The notes under the pieces were generated by a model. It was not told where the DNA came from. It saw only the letters and a program-made list of their open reading frames with translations, and ran no database searches. A stretch of DNA of 64,000 nt. Origin: the human T2T-CHM13v2.0 reference genome, Homo sapiens. The position numbers were made by a program, and so were the translations under genes. This document shows, one piece after another, positions 61,443-64,000 of the stretch. The stretch's first letter is position 1, and each line of letters opens with the position of its first letter. The DNA is taken from NCBI RefSeq assembly GCF_009914755.1, contig NC_060947.1, one strand, 5' to 3'.

Positions 61443-62814
61443 TGGTTTTTTTATTTTATGTCCATTACTTTGTAAAATTTCTTATTTAGATCATTCATAT
61501 TTTTCTTATTTTAATGGATTGTTTATATTCTCTTGTATTTTTCTGAGTTTAGAATAATATTTATTTCACATTTCTTTTTAAGTATTTATTAAATATTCAG
61601 TTCTGTCTGGTCTGTTACTTGAGACTTACTGTGTAACTTTTGGTGAGTTTTTTTTTGTATTTTCATGTTTTTTAACGTTAATATCTGTGTATCTATATGA
61701 ACAGGTACTTTTCCCATTTTTTTCAAATAGTTTTTTATAGGAAGAGATATTCTTCTTATGTATGGTTTCTAGCTTGTTGGTTTGGAATGGTATATTAGCT
61801 CTAGTTCTCATTGGACTCAATAGTGTGGCCTTTGTATAGATTTTCAGCTGTAAATTTTGCCTGCAATTTCTGTAATTATCTTTGTAATCTAGGCATGTGG
61901 GAGTGTGTAATGGCAATTTCAAGATTTTGGCAGTGTTGTGGCACCAGATTGGTTGTCAGTTGGGTATACGTGTACATGGTGGGTTATAAGACTGTTTAGC
62001 AAGTTCTCTTGGAGGGTAGAGCAACCACTAGGCTTACTGTTTAGTCAGACATGGGCACAGTGTTTCAGGGAGCTTTGCAAGGCCCTCTCACTTTGTCAGG
62101 GAATCAGTGTTGCATGCACCCGAGGAATCATAGTAAAAATTATGGTGGATCTTCAGAGATAAAGGTGCTTGGTAGTTACTGGCCCCCAGGACAAAATACA
62201 TGCCAGCTATGGGCCACGTTTCAAGATGGAATTATGCCATAACCACTCAGCTCATGAGAGTTAGGTTGCAAAGACTGTTTCTGCTATGGAGCAATGCAAA
62301 CACACAAAAACCTGGTAACTGTGCACATTAGATTCCAAACCTATGGGCAGTAGGGGATACTACTGTAGCAATGACTGTTGGCATCTCTGGTGGAGATGGG
62401 GAATGATGAGGGCCAGCGTACCTTTCTTCTTTCAGAAGTTCCCACTTGGTCCCCACACTATGGTGCTATCCTGTGCTTTTATATTTCATAGAAATTTTCT
62501 TGCTTCCCTTGTGCTCTCCAGCATATTTTTTAAGCTACTCTAGTCAAAATATATATTATTTTGTTATTTTGTTTACTTTTTATTGGTGAGGAAGCATGCC
62601 AGGCAACTCTGGTAAGTAAACTTGATTATATCACTTCACTGTATTATTAAATTTTAAACATATGTTCAATTTTTAGACCTATAGTTTCTTTAAAATAAAT
62701 CAACATATAACAAAAATTAATTTTGTAGTTCACCAAACCTTTGCATGTTATAAAACTTTCTACTATATTCACTTGTCAATAAGAGACACGATTATTAATT
62801 AGAAAGCAGTATGT

Positions 62815-64000
62815 TCATTATTTATTTTTGTAATTTTTATTGATACATAGTAGGTGTATATAATTGTAGGGTACATGTGATACTTTGATACAGGCAGACA
62901 ATACATAGTAATTATACCAGGGTAAATGAGGTATCAGTCAATGCAAGTGTTTATTTTTTGTATTACAAACAATCTAAGTTCACTTTTTTCTCAATAAATT
63001 GTTGTTTGTTGTGTTGTGTTATTTTTTCACCCAGGTATTGAGCCTAATACCCATTACTTATTTTTTTCTGAACCTGATTTATTGGAACAATAAATAGTTT
63101 CAATGAACTGTTATGCTGATTTGCAATCAAATAGATCTATTTTCATTATATCTATATTTTTCTATCTATTAGCCATTTCCAGTGCCCCCCTTCATACTAT
63201 CTCTCAGCCTCTGGTACCCATCATTATAATCTCTATCTTCATGAGCTCAAATATTTTTAATTTTTAAATCCCAAAATAAGTGAAAACATGCAGAATTTGT
63301 CTTTCTGTGCCTGGATTATTTCATTCAATATAATGATCTCCAGTTCCATCTGTGTTGTTGCAAATGACAGGATCCCTTTCTTTTTTAAAGCTGAATAGTA
63401 TTTCAACGCGTATATGTAGTACATTTTCTTTATACATCAGTCTGTTGATGGACATTTAGGTGGCCTCAAAATCTTGGCTATTAGAAATACTGCTGCAGTA
63501 AAAATGAGAGTGCACGTCTTTAAAATATACCAATTTTCTTTTTGGAGTGCGTGTACCCAGCAATGTGATTGCTGGATTATATGGTAGCTCTAGTTTTAGT
63601 TTTCTGAGGAAAGTTCAAACTGTTCTCCATAGTGGATGTACTAACTTATGTTCACACCAACAGTTTATGAGGCTGCCATTTTATAACATTTTCACCATTA
63701 TTTACTATTGCCTGCCTTTTGAATAAAAGCTATTTTAACTGGGTTGAGATAATATCTACTTGTAGTTTTGATTTGCATTTGTCTGATGTTCGAGGATGTT
63801 GAGCACCTTTTCATGTACCTATTTGCCATTTGTATATCTTCTTTTGAGAAATGTCTATTCTGATCTGTTGCCAATTTTAAAAATCATATTCAAATTTTTC
63901 CTATAGAGATGTTTGAATTCCTTATATATTCCAGTTATTAATACCGTATCAGATGGGTAGCTTGCAAATATTTTCTTCTATTCTGTGGGTTGTCTCTTCA
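62815..64000 (-). mobile_element. L1MA2/3-type 3' end
   Basis: gatacatagtaggtgtatat...gggtacatgtgatactttgatacaggc; gtgcctggattatttcattc; runs off the right edge. Confidence 0.85.

Overview
AT-rich, almost entirely repeat-derived primate nuclear DNA. It is probably great ape or human, because it carries an L1PA3-type insertion. I find no intact protein-coding gene. From left to right the window holds: MST LTR and old L1M fragments (1-3.4 kb); a ~5.9 kb degraded NUMT running tRNA-Thr/Pro, whole control region, Phe, 12S, Val, 16S, Leu, ND1, Ile/Gln/Met and partial ND2, with ancestral (non-hominoid-like) character states (3.4-9.35 kb); a mostly unique MIR/L2 island; an old ERV-L provirus with MLT2 LTRs and nested THE1, MER54/74-like and MER4A LTRs (12.8-20.0 kb); and a pair of oppositely oriented L1PA4/5-type elements whose target-site duplication appears swapped, indicating an L1-L1 inversion (23.2-36.5 kb). 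Further right are a processed ZFR pseudogene on the minus strand, split by a twin-primed L1PA3 and carrying a new 30-bp hairpin (43.4-50.1 kb); two Alus; a full-length but dead L1PA8-like element (52.9-59.4 kb); and more L1 debris. Repeat subfamily names and reference comparisons are from memory of consensus sequences, not from a search. The best leads are the swapped-TSD inversion, the ZFR-antisense hairpin, the humanin-like ORF and the fossil mitochondrial control region. None of these is demonstrated to be a functional new system.
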